Shown here: positions 10,004 to 19,691 of the stretch, in pieces
Position numbering within the stretch: the stretch's first letter is position 1
How the letters are laid out: the number at the start of each line of letters is the position of its first letter
Assembly (NCBI RefSeq): GCF_044324875.1
Contig: NZ_CP172188.1
From: Escherichia coli
GTDB taxonomy: Bacteria; Pseudomonadota; Gammaproteobacteria; Enterobacterales; Enterobacteriaceae
Strand: one strand, 5' to 3'
Length of the DNA: 64,000 nt
Program-made: the position numbers and the translations under genes
Notes under the pieces: generated by a model
What the model saw: the letters and a program-made list of their open reading frames with translations, nothing else
Databases searched by the model: none
Told to the model about the DNA's origin: nothing

Positions 10004-11212
10004 ATGAGTCAACAAACTGATACTTCTAATCTGGAAATCATCTCAGCCGCGATTGAAACGCTGCGGACACAGATCGCCCTTATTCAAAAGCGGAATCCGG
10101 GGGATGACCTGTCCAGACGGCTACATGAGAGCGTCATTGCCACTACTGATAACCTGGTCGCGGAGATCAACCAGCTACTTGAGGAAGGGACGGTTGATTA
10201 CAACAAGCTGGTGGATCAGTTTGAGGAATATCAACAAGCCGTTAATGATGGCTTGATCCGTTTTTCACAAGTCACAGGCGTATCAGCGACAGTTGAAAGT
10301 CTTGGCAATGCTGTTAATCAATTTGCCGCGAATATGCGTAGTGAGATCGGCAATCTGGAAGCGCGTCTTGAACAGGCAAACACACTGCGCAAATCCGCAG
10401 AAGCCGATTTGAGTCGTTACAAAAAAGACTATCCAGCCAGTCTGTCAAAACGACTGGATGTTGCGGAGAAGGATAACCGTGCGCTGAAAAGAGAGCGTCG
10501 GGAACTAAAAGAGCGTTTAACAGAGCTGAATCAGCAATGCATTAAGTATCAAGGCGAAGGCGTCACACTGCGTAAAAAGTTAGCAGCAGCGCAGAACATT
10601 ATTGAAACGCTGAAACGAGAGTGCTCACAGCTTGGTCATGATCTGAACCGCGCTTGTGGTATGGGACAAAGGCCAGAGACATTCCCGCTCATGTATGACG
10701 GGGTGGATGCTATTGCCTATATCCATGAGTACCCGCATGGTCTGGTTGCGGAGACTGGTCAGCGTGGTGAAGCTCTGTTGACGGCTAATTACCATCAACA
10801 AATTAGAACCAACCGCCTGCTGACGATGGATGTGATCCCATCAGTATGGGGAACGCCGCTTTACTATCGCCTGCCCGGCTTCGAAACGGACTGGAATACC
10901 GATATAGACGAATGCCTGGCAGATAAAATTATGGCGTACCTGGAGACTGATTTCCCGCGCCTGCATCGCCGGATTATGGACTCTAAGGATGCGCCGATCG
11001 ATGAATTGAAAATGCGCCCAGAGACGTTGGAAGCTATCAAACAGACTGCGTTTGATACCGTATTCAGCGTGGCCTGTATCCCAAGTAGTTTTCATGAAAG
11101 CATCCCCTTTATGCAGGGCGACCGTCGTCAAGAAATTATTGATGCCTGCCGGGTGTGGGCTAACGAATGGGACAAGAAGAATGGGGGCGTAGAAGATCTT
11201 TATGGGAAATAA
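10004..11212 (+). CDS. hypothetical protein with N-terminal coiled-coil region
   Basis: ORF 9920..11212; most likely start ATG 10004 (GGGAA RBS-like 7 nt upstream); heptad-like charged N-terminal third. Confidence 0.55.
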   Translation: MSQQTDTSNLEIISAAIETLRTQIALIQKRNPGDDLSRRLHESVIATTDNLVAEINQLLEEGTVDYNKLVDQFEEYQQAVNDGLIRFSQVTGVSATVESLGNAVNQFAANMRSEIGNLEARLEQANTLRKSAEADLSRYKKDYPASLSKRLDVAEKDNRALKRERRELKERLTELNQQCIKYQGEGVTLRKKLAAAQNIIETLKRECSQLGHDLNRACGMGQRPETFPLMYDGVDAIAYIHEYPHGLVAETGQRGEALLTANYHQQIRTNRLLTMDVIPSVWGTPLYYRLPGFETDWNTDIDECLADKIMAYLETDFPRLHRRIMDSKDAPIDELKMRPETLEAIKQTAFDTVFSVACIPSSFHESIPFMQGDRRQEIIDACRVWANEWDKKNGGVEDLYGK

Positions 11213-11213
11213 T

Positions 11214-11231
11214 ATGTTAGAAATCTAATTT
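11214..11231 (+). promoter_or_regulatory. operator-like motif copy (ATGTTAGAAATCTAATTT)
   Basis: Starts 2 nt after stop of the 10004..11212 CDS. Confidence 0.45.
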
Positions 11232-11368
11232 CATCAAACGAACATATTGATTGTGAGAGTAACTTAACTTAGAATTTTCCTTGCTGGTGGAGCGTTGCCA
11301 CATTTCGCTTGCTGGGCTTGATAGTCACTTATTGGTTGTTGTTCGCCCACCAGCAAATAACAAATTAA

Positions 11369-11385
11369 AGTGTTAGAAAATTACA
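11369..11385 (+). promoter_or_regulatory. operator-like motif copy (AGTGTTAGAAAATTACA)
   Basis: TGTTAGAAAA core at the start of the long non-coding tRNA region. Confidence 0.4.
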
Positions 11386-11967
11386 TGCATACAGGGACTC
11401 GCTTTGGCACCGAGCAAGCCAAAGTTCAGCAGGTTTAGTGCGTAAAGTGGTTTCAGAGAGAGCACTTTACGGAGTAAACAACAAGACATGTTGAGCCACG
11501 GAAGGTCTTTTTAAGATGTTCATTGATGATGGTCCGGCAGAGAGTAACGGGACTCGCCGCATCGAATCATCATCAATGCACATCCTCAACATTAAGGAGG
11601 CATAGGGATTTTTTTGTGGCGATTACCTTTTGCCCTAAGTCTCCTTAATGTTGCGGTAATGCACCTATGCGGATGCGGCCTTGCATTGTGTCTTGAAAGA
11701 ATGGGGTAAGGCCGGGGATATCCCCAGGGGGAGGCACCCCCGCTGCAACGAACAGCCACAGACGGCAGTCGAGTGATGGAAACGTGCAAAGACTTTAAAC
11801 CTCGTTACGGCTGGCGTGGCAAACGCGACAACCGAGACAGAGCGGTGACGGGCGGAGAGAGTGCCGCATCAAGAAAGAAGCCGACTTGTGATCCCTTTCT
11901 GCGGGCATTTGAAAGTGAATCCAGCTCAGGCAGTCGGCTTCTTTCTTGTGTGAGATGTAGCGTATTT

Positions 11968-11992
11968 GCCCATCTTCGGGTGGGCTTTTTTA
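11968..11992 (+). terminator. rho-independent terminator-like hairpin
   Basis: GCCCATCTTCGGGTGGGC followed by TTTTTT; no credible CDS upstream, so may terminate a non-coding transcript. Confidence 0.45.
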
Positions 11993-12451
11993 GGGTTTTC
12001 GTCATGGTTAGCGACTTTGCGGCGGTTTAGAACCCGACCATTAAAGTAAATGCAAACGATGATCTGATGATGGTAGCGGCCTAAGAAGCCTGACGCCACG
12101 GGGTATGAGTCGTCCCCCGTCAAAAAATCGACCGCAGAGTGTCCCCGTCTGTGTATTAGGGAACGGGGAGGCATAACAGGCAAGGGCGCTGGTGTGATTA
12201 ACCAGATGAATGAGAAGGGTCAGGTCTTTCTGGTCAGCGCCCTTACCTGTTACGTCCCTCCCGCGTAACAGCCATTGATTAATGGCTTTCTGGGATAACA
12301 TCCTACTACGGGTATATCCCGTCATGCTGAAGGCGCTAATCACGCTGGAAGCCAGGGTTGTGCATCCCCTGTTACCGAATTGCAGCCAGGGCGCGGTGCG
12401 CCGAAAAGCATACGGAGGTGGAAGCCCTCGCCGGAGACGTACCCGGCAAGT

Positions 12452-12528
12452 GATGGTGTAGCTCAGTAGGATAGAGCAGCAGCCTTCTAAGCTGTCGGTC
12501 GGTGGTTCGAATCCACCCACCATCGCCA
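12452..12528 (+). tRNA. tRNA-Arg (anticodon TCT)
   Basis: 77 nt; 7-bp acceptor stem GATGGTG/CACCATC, D-arm GCTC..GAGC, anticodon loop CTTCTAA, T-arm GGTGG TTCGAAT CCACC, encoded CCA. Confidence 0.9.
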
Positions 12529-12530
12529 AT

Positions 12531-12606
12531 GCCGGTTTAGCTCAGTTGGTAGAGCGCCTGCCTTGTAAGCAGGATGTCAGCGGTTCGAGTCCGTTAACCG
12601 GCACCA
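12531..12606 (+). tRNA. tRNA-Thr (anticodon TGT)
   Basis: 76 nt; acceptor GCCGGTT/AACCGGC, anticodon loop CTTGTAA, T-loop TTCGAGT, encoded CCA; P1 also carries a tRNA-Thr. Confidence 0.9.
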
Positions 12607-12608
12607 AC

Positions 12609-12694
12609 ACAACAGGTAAGGGTATTTTGCGACGTCGGAGATCGCCGTGCTTGGCAGAGGGTTCGAATCCCTACGAAGTACCCTTACCGTTGTG
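12609..12694 (+). other. tRNA-like remnant / structured element: 15-16 bp stem enclosing a T-loop-like GGTTCGAATCC
   Basis: ACAACAGGTAAGGGTA ... TACCCTTACCGTTGTG inverted repeat; no canonical D or anticodon arm identifiable. Confidence 0.25.
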
Positions 12695-13071
12695 ATGAAG
12701 TGCAGCTCTTTGAAGCAACCAGAAGATAAGCATCTGGCTTCACAACATAAACCGCAGGAACGACCAATAAACGGTAGTCCGTATGGAGAATACCCCGTTG
12801 AGGAAGAGGCCTGGCCGGAACCGTAACCGGCACTACAACGTTGAGAACACTGACGTAACGGGGTCATATCCCAATCTACGAATAAATGTTGCGTTGCAGC
12901 GTGACAACCAGTGTTCTCAACGTTGTGGTGGATTCGCAGACTGATGCGATAGCTTTCTTGGATGTTAGGGAAATGCGGCCGCAAACCTTCCCTTTCGCGA
13001 GCGGTGATCGTCCGTAGTCCTAATTGGCTGCACCGTATGCCGGAGATTCAGTACCGGCCACCACAACGGCC

Positions 13072-13158
13072 GGAGAGTAGGGAGCATGGTGCTCAAGCGG
13101 TCTTGAAAACCGTCCCATTGCGCAAGCGATGATGGTTCGATTCCATTACTCTCCGCCA
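13072..13158 (+). tRNA. atypical type-II (long variable arm) tRNA-like gene, anticodon possibly TGA (Ser-like); may be a pseudo-tRNA
   Basis: 87 nt; acceptor GGAGAGT/ACTCTCC, anticodon stem-loop GCGGT-CTTGAAA-ACCGT, T-arm GATGG TTCGATT CCATT, discriminator G + CCA; D-arm irregular. Confidence 0.4.
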
Positions 13159-13561
13159 TCGCAACGTTAAGAGTATTTGGCTAATTAAGCGAATGCCGGA
13201 AGCAGAACCGGATCAACAAATGCGTACAGGCGTCATCGCCGCCCAGCCAGCCAAGTGCTCTTACCATTGCGGTGAATGCGGCTAAGCGCACGCGGAACAG
13301 TTAAAACAATCCTGCTTACTAAACATCCCGGCGTTAATTGTTAACTGGTTAACGTCACCTGGAGGCACCAGGCACCGCAATCTAACAGCAATGGCGTTTT
13401 GTCTTAAAAGGTAGCTGCAAGTGATGGATTTTTGGGCCTTTGCCGATAAGAACCCTGGTTGGACATTTTTATTTCTGCTGGTGGTTGCATATGGGATCGA
13501 GCAAGCGGCAAAAGCCTTACGCGGTTCTGGCAAAAAGCGTAAGCGGAATTAACAGTAATCT

Positions 13562-13637
13562 GGCCCTTTAGCTCAGTGGTTAGAGCTGGCGACTCATAAT
13601 CGCACGGTCACCGGTTCAAGTCCGGTAGGGGCCACCA
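13562..13637 (+). tRNA. tRNA with CAT anticodon, most likely tRNA-Ile2 (lysidine type) rather than elongator Met
   Basis: 76 nt; GGCCCTT acceptor, anticodon loop CTCATAA, T-loop TTCAAGT; resembles enterobacterial ileX-type tRNA as I recall it; P1 also encodes a tRNA-Ile. Confidence 0.85.
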
Positions 13638-14090
13638 TATTTGGTTGTAACACGGCGTATGGCACATGCGTCGTTAGCGGTCTGGTGACGTTATAGGGGT
13701 TACCTTTTCCCCTAGCTCAGGCAACAAACCAGGTAGCCGGAATGTGCAAGCCCCGTTCATATCGTCGGACCGAGGACTCACCATCCTGGCGATTCGGTGT
13801 GACAGCCGGAAGAGTACGGCGCACAACAGGAAAAGGCGTTTAATTAACGTGAGCGCCGTTTCCGTTGTGGTAATTGCGGCTATGCGCTCGTGACGAAGCC
13901 ATTTTCATTCACTACGTTCTGATAAGTGACGTCGCCAGGAGTGGCTAACCTGGCAGGTGGAGTCACCACCGCCACAACTCCTTTCAATTCATCATATAGC
14001 CGCTCAGGCTGTAACCCTTAATTAATACGAAGTTTCGACATCTCTATCGGTTTAACCGAGGGATGGTCGCGCGTGTAAAAAGGAGACGTT

Positions 14091-14666
14091 ATGTTAACGG
14101 CGAACGATAACGCGTATGCAGAAGCAGATCTCATATTGAGTGACTTCATCGGTCAGCGGGAACGCTGGACACAAAAGCGAGAGGAACTTTATGCCTCGTT
14201 AGTTCGCAAAGGTGTCAACATTGAAACCGCTCAAAGCGGCGATATGACGGTAGTCAGTGTTGGATTACATGGTGTGAGCGTGTCCGCAGCCAATCATGAG
14301 CCATACGTAGCGTTATCCGAGTCGATGGCAAGGCTAATTAAGTTTCTGAAGCAAACAGAAGCCAATAATGTTTTCATCGCCAAAAAGAACATCAATTTTT
14401 CTGCCGCCATGTTCTGGATGATGAAGGGGCTGGATGCCCGCCGGGCATCATGGCCTAAAGGGAGCTATTTATCGATGTTCCGTGGCAGCATTGGCAGCAA
14501 AGAAAAGCTCTTCGAATTCTTGCCGGAAGAGGCATTCGATATTGTGGAAGGGTGCGATGTGATGGTTATGCCTCGCCTGGTAATGATGAATGGGGATTTA
14601 CAGGCGCAGACAGACTGGTTCGCAACTGGCGTGGATATTATCGCAACTGACTGGGAGGCATTCTGA
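14091..14666 (+). CDS. hypothetical protein with C-terminal DUF2829/Tad2-like domain
   Basis: 191 aa; C-terminal LDARRASWPKGSYL ... IIATDWEAF. Confidence 0.5.
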   Translation: MLTANDNAYAEADLILSDFIGQRERWTQKREELYASLVRKGVNIETAQSGDMTVVSVGLHGVSVSAANHEPYVALSESMARLIKFLKQTEANNVFIAKKNINFSAAMFWMMKGLDARRASWPKGSYLSMFRGSIGSKEKLFEFLPEEAFDIVEGCDVMVMPRLVMMNGDLQAQTDWFATGVDIIATDWEAF

Positions 14667-15058
14667 TGTACGAGACAACAAAATTAAGCATTCACGAAGT
14701 CTCCAACGTGGAGTGGAATATCGTCACCTGTAAGATTGTATCGTGTAATGCTGCGCGTACTGATGCAGGCCATAAGAGCACGATAACAGGCTACATGGTA
14801 ATGGCTTATAGGGGATTGAGAGTTCGCTTTATCTGGAAAGCTCGGCAATTGACACCATTCAGAGAGCCGTCAATGCCATTAGAGGTAGAACAGGATTATT
14901 TAAGCCTGCCGGAAATAGACGGTGCAACGCTGGTGGATTCTGATGGTCGTAAGGCTGATTTTGAAGTCAGCTTAAAGGTGGCGCAGGCCGTAATTAATAA
15001 CTCACGTGGTAAGTGGATCGCTAAGGTAAAACACGTCGTTCGCTTATCTCGCTGGTAG
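14666..15058 (+). CDS. hypothetical protein
   Basis: 130-aa ORF; start overlaps upstream stop (TGATG). Confidence 0.5.
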   Translation: MYETTKLSIHEVSNVEWNIVTCKIVSCNAARTDAGHKSTITGYMVMAYRGLRVRFIWKARQLTPFREPSMPLEVEQDYLSLPEIDGATLVDSDGRKADFEVSLKVAQAVINNSRGKWIAKVKHVVRLSRW

Positions 15059-15070
15059 TGTTAGATGAAT

Positions 15071-15089
15071 GGAATTAATTTTCTAATAT
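15071..15089 (-). promoter_or_regulatory. operator-like motif copy (reverse strand ATATTAGAAAATTAATTCC)
   Basis: 15 of 18 consensus positions; upstream of the Lpa-like candidate. Confidence 0.35.
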
Positions 15090-15166
15090 AACCAACTTTT
15101 TGCCAGTCTATACAGAAATAACATTCTCATTATCATCCCCTCGGTCATTTCCTGCCTGGGGGATTA

Positions 15167-15559
15167 ATGGAGCATATCAGCAGCGCAGAAATTGCGGATA
15201 TCATGATTAGGGCTGACTGCTATCTGACAGTCACCGAAATCACCACTCTAGCTAAAGAAAAATATCCTCACCTTCATGTTTCACGCGTAAGTGTAACCAA
15301 CATCATTCGGCATTTTGTGCGGTCAAGCCGAGCTATTTGTGAGCTTGATGATCGTGTTTACCCACGGAAATACTGGTTGCATGGCCTGAACGGATATCAG
15401 TTCAAGGTGCGCGGGCGCACGCCTGAATACGGTAGCTTACTGGTTAAAAACTGTAGCAGGAAATCAGTCGAACAGGCGCGAAAAGAGCAACGAGAGCTGG
15501 TGGACATGGCGAATAAGCTGTGGAATGCCGCCGTTAAAAAGCGTGGTGTTGCTTTATGA
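15167..15559 (+). CDS. candidate late-promoter activator (Lpa-like), by synteny only
   Basis: 130-aa basic protein immediately upstream of the terminase genes and preceded by an operator-like site, as for lpa in P1; no sequence-level confirmation. Confidence 0.3.
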   Translation: MEHISSAEIADIMIRADCYLTVTEITTLAKEKYPHLHVSRVSVTNIIRHFVRSSRAICELDDRVYPRKYWLHGLNGYQFKVRGRTPEYGSLLVKNCSRKSVEQARKEQRELVDMANKLWNAAVKKRGVAL

Positions 15560-16920
15560 GTCTGGTTAATTGGGAGGAGCACCGCGCCCGCTTTATAGCG
15601 TTGCGTGAAGAAAAAGGGATCACTGTAAAGGAATACTGTGAGGAGCATGGCCTTAGCTTCAATACAGCCAGAAAGCATCTCAATATGAAAAAAAATGAGG
15701 TGCGGTCGCAGGTGAAGACTACAAAAAAAAGCACCAAATCACCTGAAAAAAAACGGGCAGGAAGAGCAAAAAAAAGGCCAGAAGAGGGTACAGAAACAAC
15801 AAAATTTACAGAAACTGACAATTCACAGAGCGGAAGTTCTTTCCGGAGCATGCCGAGAAAGAAAACTTCGGATCATAAAAATAACGACAATAATAACAAT
15901 GAGATAAAAGAATCTGTCAGGAGATCATTGCGCGAAAAAATGGCGAAAATGATCCCCACCGAAGATAAATGCGCCTCAAAAATCGAGGGATCTTCAGCAA
16001 TGATCCCTGGCGGTGCTGTGCAGCGTGCCACGTTGCCCACTACGAGTGTGGCTCGCGACATGATGAAGAACGGCGCAGAAGAGCACCTGCGGTTAGCAAT
16101 TCAAATGGCGCAAGAACGCGCACTTCAGTACCAAAGCATTGTTGATCAGGAGGCCGAACGCCTACAGGCGGAGATAGACGCCCTGGGTGATGAACAGCCA
16201 GAAGGAATGCACCCTGGGCAGCGACTTCTCGGTCTAATCAGTGACGCGGCCTACTACATGAACGATTTTATCAGTAGGTTGGCAGCGATATATCAGTCCG
16301 AACAAAAGCTGCGACAGGGTGATGAAAAACTTCGTCAGGGTGCTCGCCAGCAAGCATTCAGAGAGGCCGAGGCCAGAGAAAAACTCGAATTAGCACGCCT
16401 ACAGGCCGAACAGCGTGGCAAAGAGATTGAATATCGCATTGGCGCTGACGCACGCGCAGCCAGAGTTATCGCCGCCGCTATACGTATGCGTGAGCGCGAG
16501 GAGCTGGATGATATCGGTGTTGCTGAATACATCGAGCGTCAGGGTGTCAGTGTCCCGGCTATCCTCGCGGCGCGCGCGGCGAAAGCTATCACTCTTCTCG
16601 AGCCTCCAGTTTCTGACATCAATGATGTTGATGATGAACAGCTGGACAAAGAAGCGAAGGAGTTTGCATCGCTTCAGGCTAACCATCCGCAATGGCTGGC
16701 AGAGCGCCGGGCGGATGTGGCAACCATTGTTGAAGATCTGGGGTGCGGAGATTACGACCACAATGGCGAGCGTAAGGCTGGGGAATTCGAGGCCAACGAC
16801 GAAGAGTTGGATATTGACCCTTCGGCTACGGCTGAAATTTACGGTGATTATGATGCATCAGACGCAGGATATGACGCCGGAGATGATGATATCGCGATAG
16901 AACCGCCGGAGGACGACTAA
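15556..16920 (+). CDS. terminase small subunit (PacA-like)
   Basis: 454 aa; N-terminal HTH-like region, Lys-rich linker, acidic C-terminus; overlaps large-subunit start (TAATG). Confidence 0.55.
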   Translation: MSLVNWEEHRARFIALREEKGITVKEYCEEHGLSFNTARKHLNMKKNEVRSQVKTTKKSTKSPEKKRAGRAKKRPEEGTETTKFTETDNSQSGSSFRSMPRKKTSDHKNNDNNNNEIKESVRRSLREKMAKMIPTEDKCASKIEGSSAMIPGGAVQRATLPTTSVARDMMKNGAEEHLRLAIQMAQERALQYQSIVDQEAERLQAEIDALGDEQPEGMHPGQRLLGLISDAAYYMNDFISRLAAIYQSEQKLRQGDEKLRQGARQQAFREAEAREKLELARLQAEQRGKEIEYRIGADARAARVIAAAIRMREREELDDIGVAEYIERQGVSVPAILAARAAKAITLLEPPVSDINDVDDEQLDKEAKEFASLQANHPQWLAERRADVATIVEDLGCGDYDHNGERKAGEFEANDEELDIDPSATAEIYGDYDASDAGYDAGDDDIAIEPPEDD

Positions 16921-18428
16921 TGGCTGGTGGGCGCAAGATTAAATGCGTCACCAGCGATCCACGCTGGCGCGATATGGTAATCAAATACCGCTACAACTTT
17001 ACCCAGGCTGTTGTTGATATTTTCGGGATGTTTCCCTCCCACCAGCAGCAGGAGATTATCCAGTCCGTACAGCAAAAAGGGAGCAGAACCACTGTTACTT
17101 CTGGTCACGGTACAGGGAAATCGTCGTTAACGGCTATGTTGTTGCTGATTTATTTGATTCTGTTCCCCGATGCCCGTGTCATCATTGTTGCTAACAAGAT
17201 AGGCCAGGTTAAAACAGGCGTATTCAAATACGTTAAACAGTATTGGGCGAATGCAGTTAAGCGTCACGGGTGGTTACAGACCTATTTTGTCCTGTCTGAC
17301 ACCATGTTTTATGAACGTTCCCGCAAAGGGATCTGGGAAGTTCTCTGCAAAGGTTATCGACTCGGTAACGAAGAAGCACTGGCGGGGGAGCACGCGGCAC
17401 ATTTGCTTCTAATTCTGGATGAAGCATCAGGTATATCTGATAAAGCGATCGGCGTAATGACTGGCGCTCTGACTGAAGAAGATAACCGAATGTTGATGCT
17501 ATCCCAGCCAACAAGGCCAAGTGGTTATTTCTACGATTCGCACCATTCTCAAGCTAAAACCCCAGACAACCCGAAAGGGATCTGGACAGCAATTGTTCTT
17601 AACTCAGAAGAATCACCGTTCGTCACACCACAATTCATCAGGCAGAAGCTTCTGGAATATGGCGGGCGCGATTCTATTGAGTACATGGTCAAGGTTCTTG
17701 GTCAGTTTCCTCGGGAGATTAACGGCTATTTGCTTGGTCGTGATGAATGCGATCGCGCTGCGCGGCGCAAGGTGTTGTTGGAGAAAAACTGGGGATGGGT
17801 GGCTACTGCTGACGTTGGTAACGGGCGAGACAAGTCAGTTCTTAATATCTGTAAAGTGTCTGGTCACCGGGAAAAGCGGCGTGTTGTTAACTTTAAGGTA
17901 ATGGAAATGCCAGGGACTATGGACCCGCTGGCTTTTGCTGACTTTATATACAACGAATGCACGCCGGATAAATACCCGAATATTACAATCGCGGTTGACG
18001 CAGACGGTTTTGGTTCAGATACCTGTGCGCAGCTGGTGCGCCGTGGGGCTAATCCGGTACGGATTCGGTGGGGGAAACCCATGTTTTCGAACAAAGACAA
18101 GGAGCGTTTTGTTAACCAGCGTGCCTACGCAAATATTATGGCTCGTGATGCCATAAAGTCAGGTCGTATGCGAATAGACAGCGACCCTAAAACGGCAGAG
18201 CAAGCGTCAAAAATCCCCTTTTTACTTAATGAAGAAGGGAAGATGGCGATGATGCGCAAGGAGCACATGCGGCAAAAGCTGAACATCAAATCACCTGACC
18301 GATGGGATACCTACTGCTTTACAATGCTGGTGGACTATGTTCCTGCTAATGAAGATATCGGCGCTGAAATGGCTACCTTCCGCGATCAGGTTCTTGCAGA
18401 TGTGGAAATGCCAGAGCTGGATATATAA
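16920..18428 (+). CDS. terminase large subunit (PacB-like; ATPase + nuclease)
   Basis: 502 aa; Walker A TSGHGTGKSS, Walker B LLLILDEASGISD, long C-terminal nuclease-type domain. Confidence 0.85.
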   Translation: MAGGRKIKCVTSDPRWRDMVIKYRYNFTQAVVDIFGMFPSHQQQEIIQSVQQKGSRTTVTSGHGTGKSSLTAMLLLIYLILFPDARVIIVANKIGQVKTGVFKYVKQYWANAVKRHGWLQTYFVLSDTMFYERSRKGIWEVLCKGYRLGNEEALAGEHAAHLLLILDEASGISDKAIGVMTGALTEEDNRMLMLSQPTRPSGYFYDSHHSQAKTPDNPKGIWTAIVLNSEESPFVTPQFIRQKLLEYGGRDSIEYMVKVLGQFPREINGYLLGRDECDRAARRKVLLEKNWGWVATADVGNGRDKSVLNICKVSGHREKRRVVNFKVMEMPGTMDPLAFADFIYNECTPDKYPNITIAVDADGFGSDTCAQLVRRGANPVRIRWGKPMFSNKDKERFVNQRAYANIMARDAIKSGRMRIDSDPKTAEQASKIPFLLNEEGKMAMMRKEHMRQKLNIKSPDRWDTYCFTMLVDYVPANEDIGAEMATFRDQVLADVEMPELDI

Positions 18429-18450
18429 AGCCCCGGCAATGCGGGGCTTG
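18429..18450. terminator. hairpin between convergent terminase and repressor-candidate genes
   Basis: AAGCCCCGGCAATGCGGGGCTT. Confidence 0.45.
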
Positions 18451-18453
18451 TGA

Positions 18454-19491
18454 TTACCAGAGTTTAGCGGCGTGCTGTGTTTGGGAGAAAGTGAACCCGT
18501 AACGTTCTTCTATGGTTTTACCGTATCTTTTCCGCGCGTCTGTCAGTTTTATGCCTGTCAGGTCATCTCCGGATGTCATCATTACGTCTAACAACTCCAG
18601 ATCCATTTTATTCAGTCGCGCCATCGCTTCGCGTGCTGTCTGTATTTTACGCTCAATGATATGGCGAATAGCCGGATCGGCTTCCTCAAGCATTTTGGCT
18701 GATTTGTTCTTTAAGCTCTCATTGCGGATGTCGATGTTTCGCAAGATGTATGACTTCGCAACATAGCTTGGTTGGTGTTTCTCCAGATCGCGAACGCGAT
18801 AGAGACTAAAGTCACCAAGCAGGCCGCAAGGTATCGACTCAACCCCAGAATAAATAGTAATGCTGCGACGTTCGCCGACATTATTAACAACGGGCACTGT
18901 GGTGTTCGGAAGTTTTGCGAACACTAAGGCTCCGTGTGCGCCTACCCTGAATCGTGACAGAGCATTGCTGCCTTCAATGTTTGTTGTAAGCACTACATCT
19001 GTGTATCCATCTTTGCGCGCCCGGTAAACTTCCCCTTCAGGTTCTGATGCGAAAAAACGGCGCTCTTCTTCAAGTGCACCAACAATCTGCGAAAATATCT
19101 TGTTTTTCAGGCTTTTCTTTATAATTGCATCATATTTTTTGAGCAGATTTTCGCGCGTAAATGAGCGGGTGGTGGTCGCGCTTTGCACAACAATATGCGT
19201 GCTTTGATTTGTGTCCTCGATAATGAATGGGATCGGAGAATATACAGACTCAACAATGTTAGACGCTTTGCCGTCAGCGTTACGGCACAAGTCAACAAAG
19301 GCTTTCCATTCTGTGAGGCACTTTTCAGCTTCTTCTAGCACATTCTGATCATGTGTTAGTGCAACATGGCGGAATTCCTCGCCGGCATAACTGGTATCAT
19401 GGAAAACAGAGTTTGCGACCACCAGCTCTTTCCACCGTTCAGCGGTTTGCAGGAACCGTTTGTACTCTTTCTCGATCGACTTCTTACTCAT
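18454..19491 (-). CDS. candidate C1-like master repressor (by position and operator cluster; sequence not confirmed)
   Basis: 345 aa; convergent with pacB as c1 is in P1; its upstream region 19504..19700 carries 2-3 operator-like motifs. Confidence 0.35.
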   Translation of the reverse strand: MSKKSIEKEYKRFLQTAERWKELVVANSVFHDTSYAGEEFRHVALTHDQNVLEEAEKCLTEWKAFVDLCRNADGKASNIVESVYSPIPFIIEDTNQSTHIVVQSATTTRSFTRENLLKKYDAIIKKSLKNKIFSQIVGALEEERRFFASEPEGEVYRARKDGYTDVVLTTNIEGSNALSRFRVGAHGALVFAKLPNTTVPVVNNVGERRSITIYSGVESIPCGLLGDFSLYRVRDLEKHQPSYVAKSYILRNIDIRNESLKNKSAKMLEEADPAIRHIIERKIQTAREAMARLNKMDLELLDVMMTSGDDLTGIKLTDARKRYGKTIEERYGFTFSQTQHAAKLW

Positions 19492-19503
19492 TATTCCTAC
19501 TCG

Positions 19504-19520
19504 ATTTAGTTTTCTAACAT
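19504..19520 (-). promoter_or_regulatory. operator-like motif copy (reverse strand ATGTTAGAAAACTAAAT)
   Basis: 13 nt upstream of the candidate repressor start codon. Confidence 0.5.
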
Positions 19521-19691
19521 AAAATTACTATGACAAATCTATGCCGAATAACAGGGTGAGTAAAGGATCAAGATGCATTTTTTTATCATCCAATTTAGAA
19601 AATTCTGCTTAAAAACTGCCAGGCATAACTTAAAGCCCACGCCAGCAATGCATTGCCCATCTGCGCGGAAAGGAAAAAAATTCCTAAGTTT

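Noticed and set aside
11773-13533. ORFs in the tRNA / structured region (11773..12030, 12041..12529, 12577..12984, 12965..13159, 13282..13533)
   Set aside because: They overlap confidently called tRNA genes and long RNA stems and have no RBS or recognisable domains; the region is better explained as non-coding.
12452-13637. tRNA genes as an integrative-element attachment site (chromosomal island boundary)
   Set aside because: No tyrosine or serine integrase is adjacent and no direct repeat of a tRNA 3' end was seen; the only recombinase is Cre-like with its own lox-like site, and the element carries plasmid partition and addiction systems, so the tRNAs are interpreted as element-encoded as in P1.
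15556-16920. P1-type pac site (clustered TGATCA/G hexamers) inside the terminase small-subunit gene
   Set aside because: Only scattered GATC and TGATC sites (about 15948, 15980-16000, 16143) were seen, not the two tight hexamer clusters of the P1 pac site; packaging-site location remains unknown.
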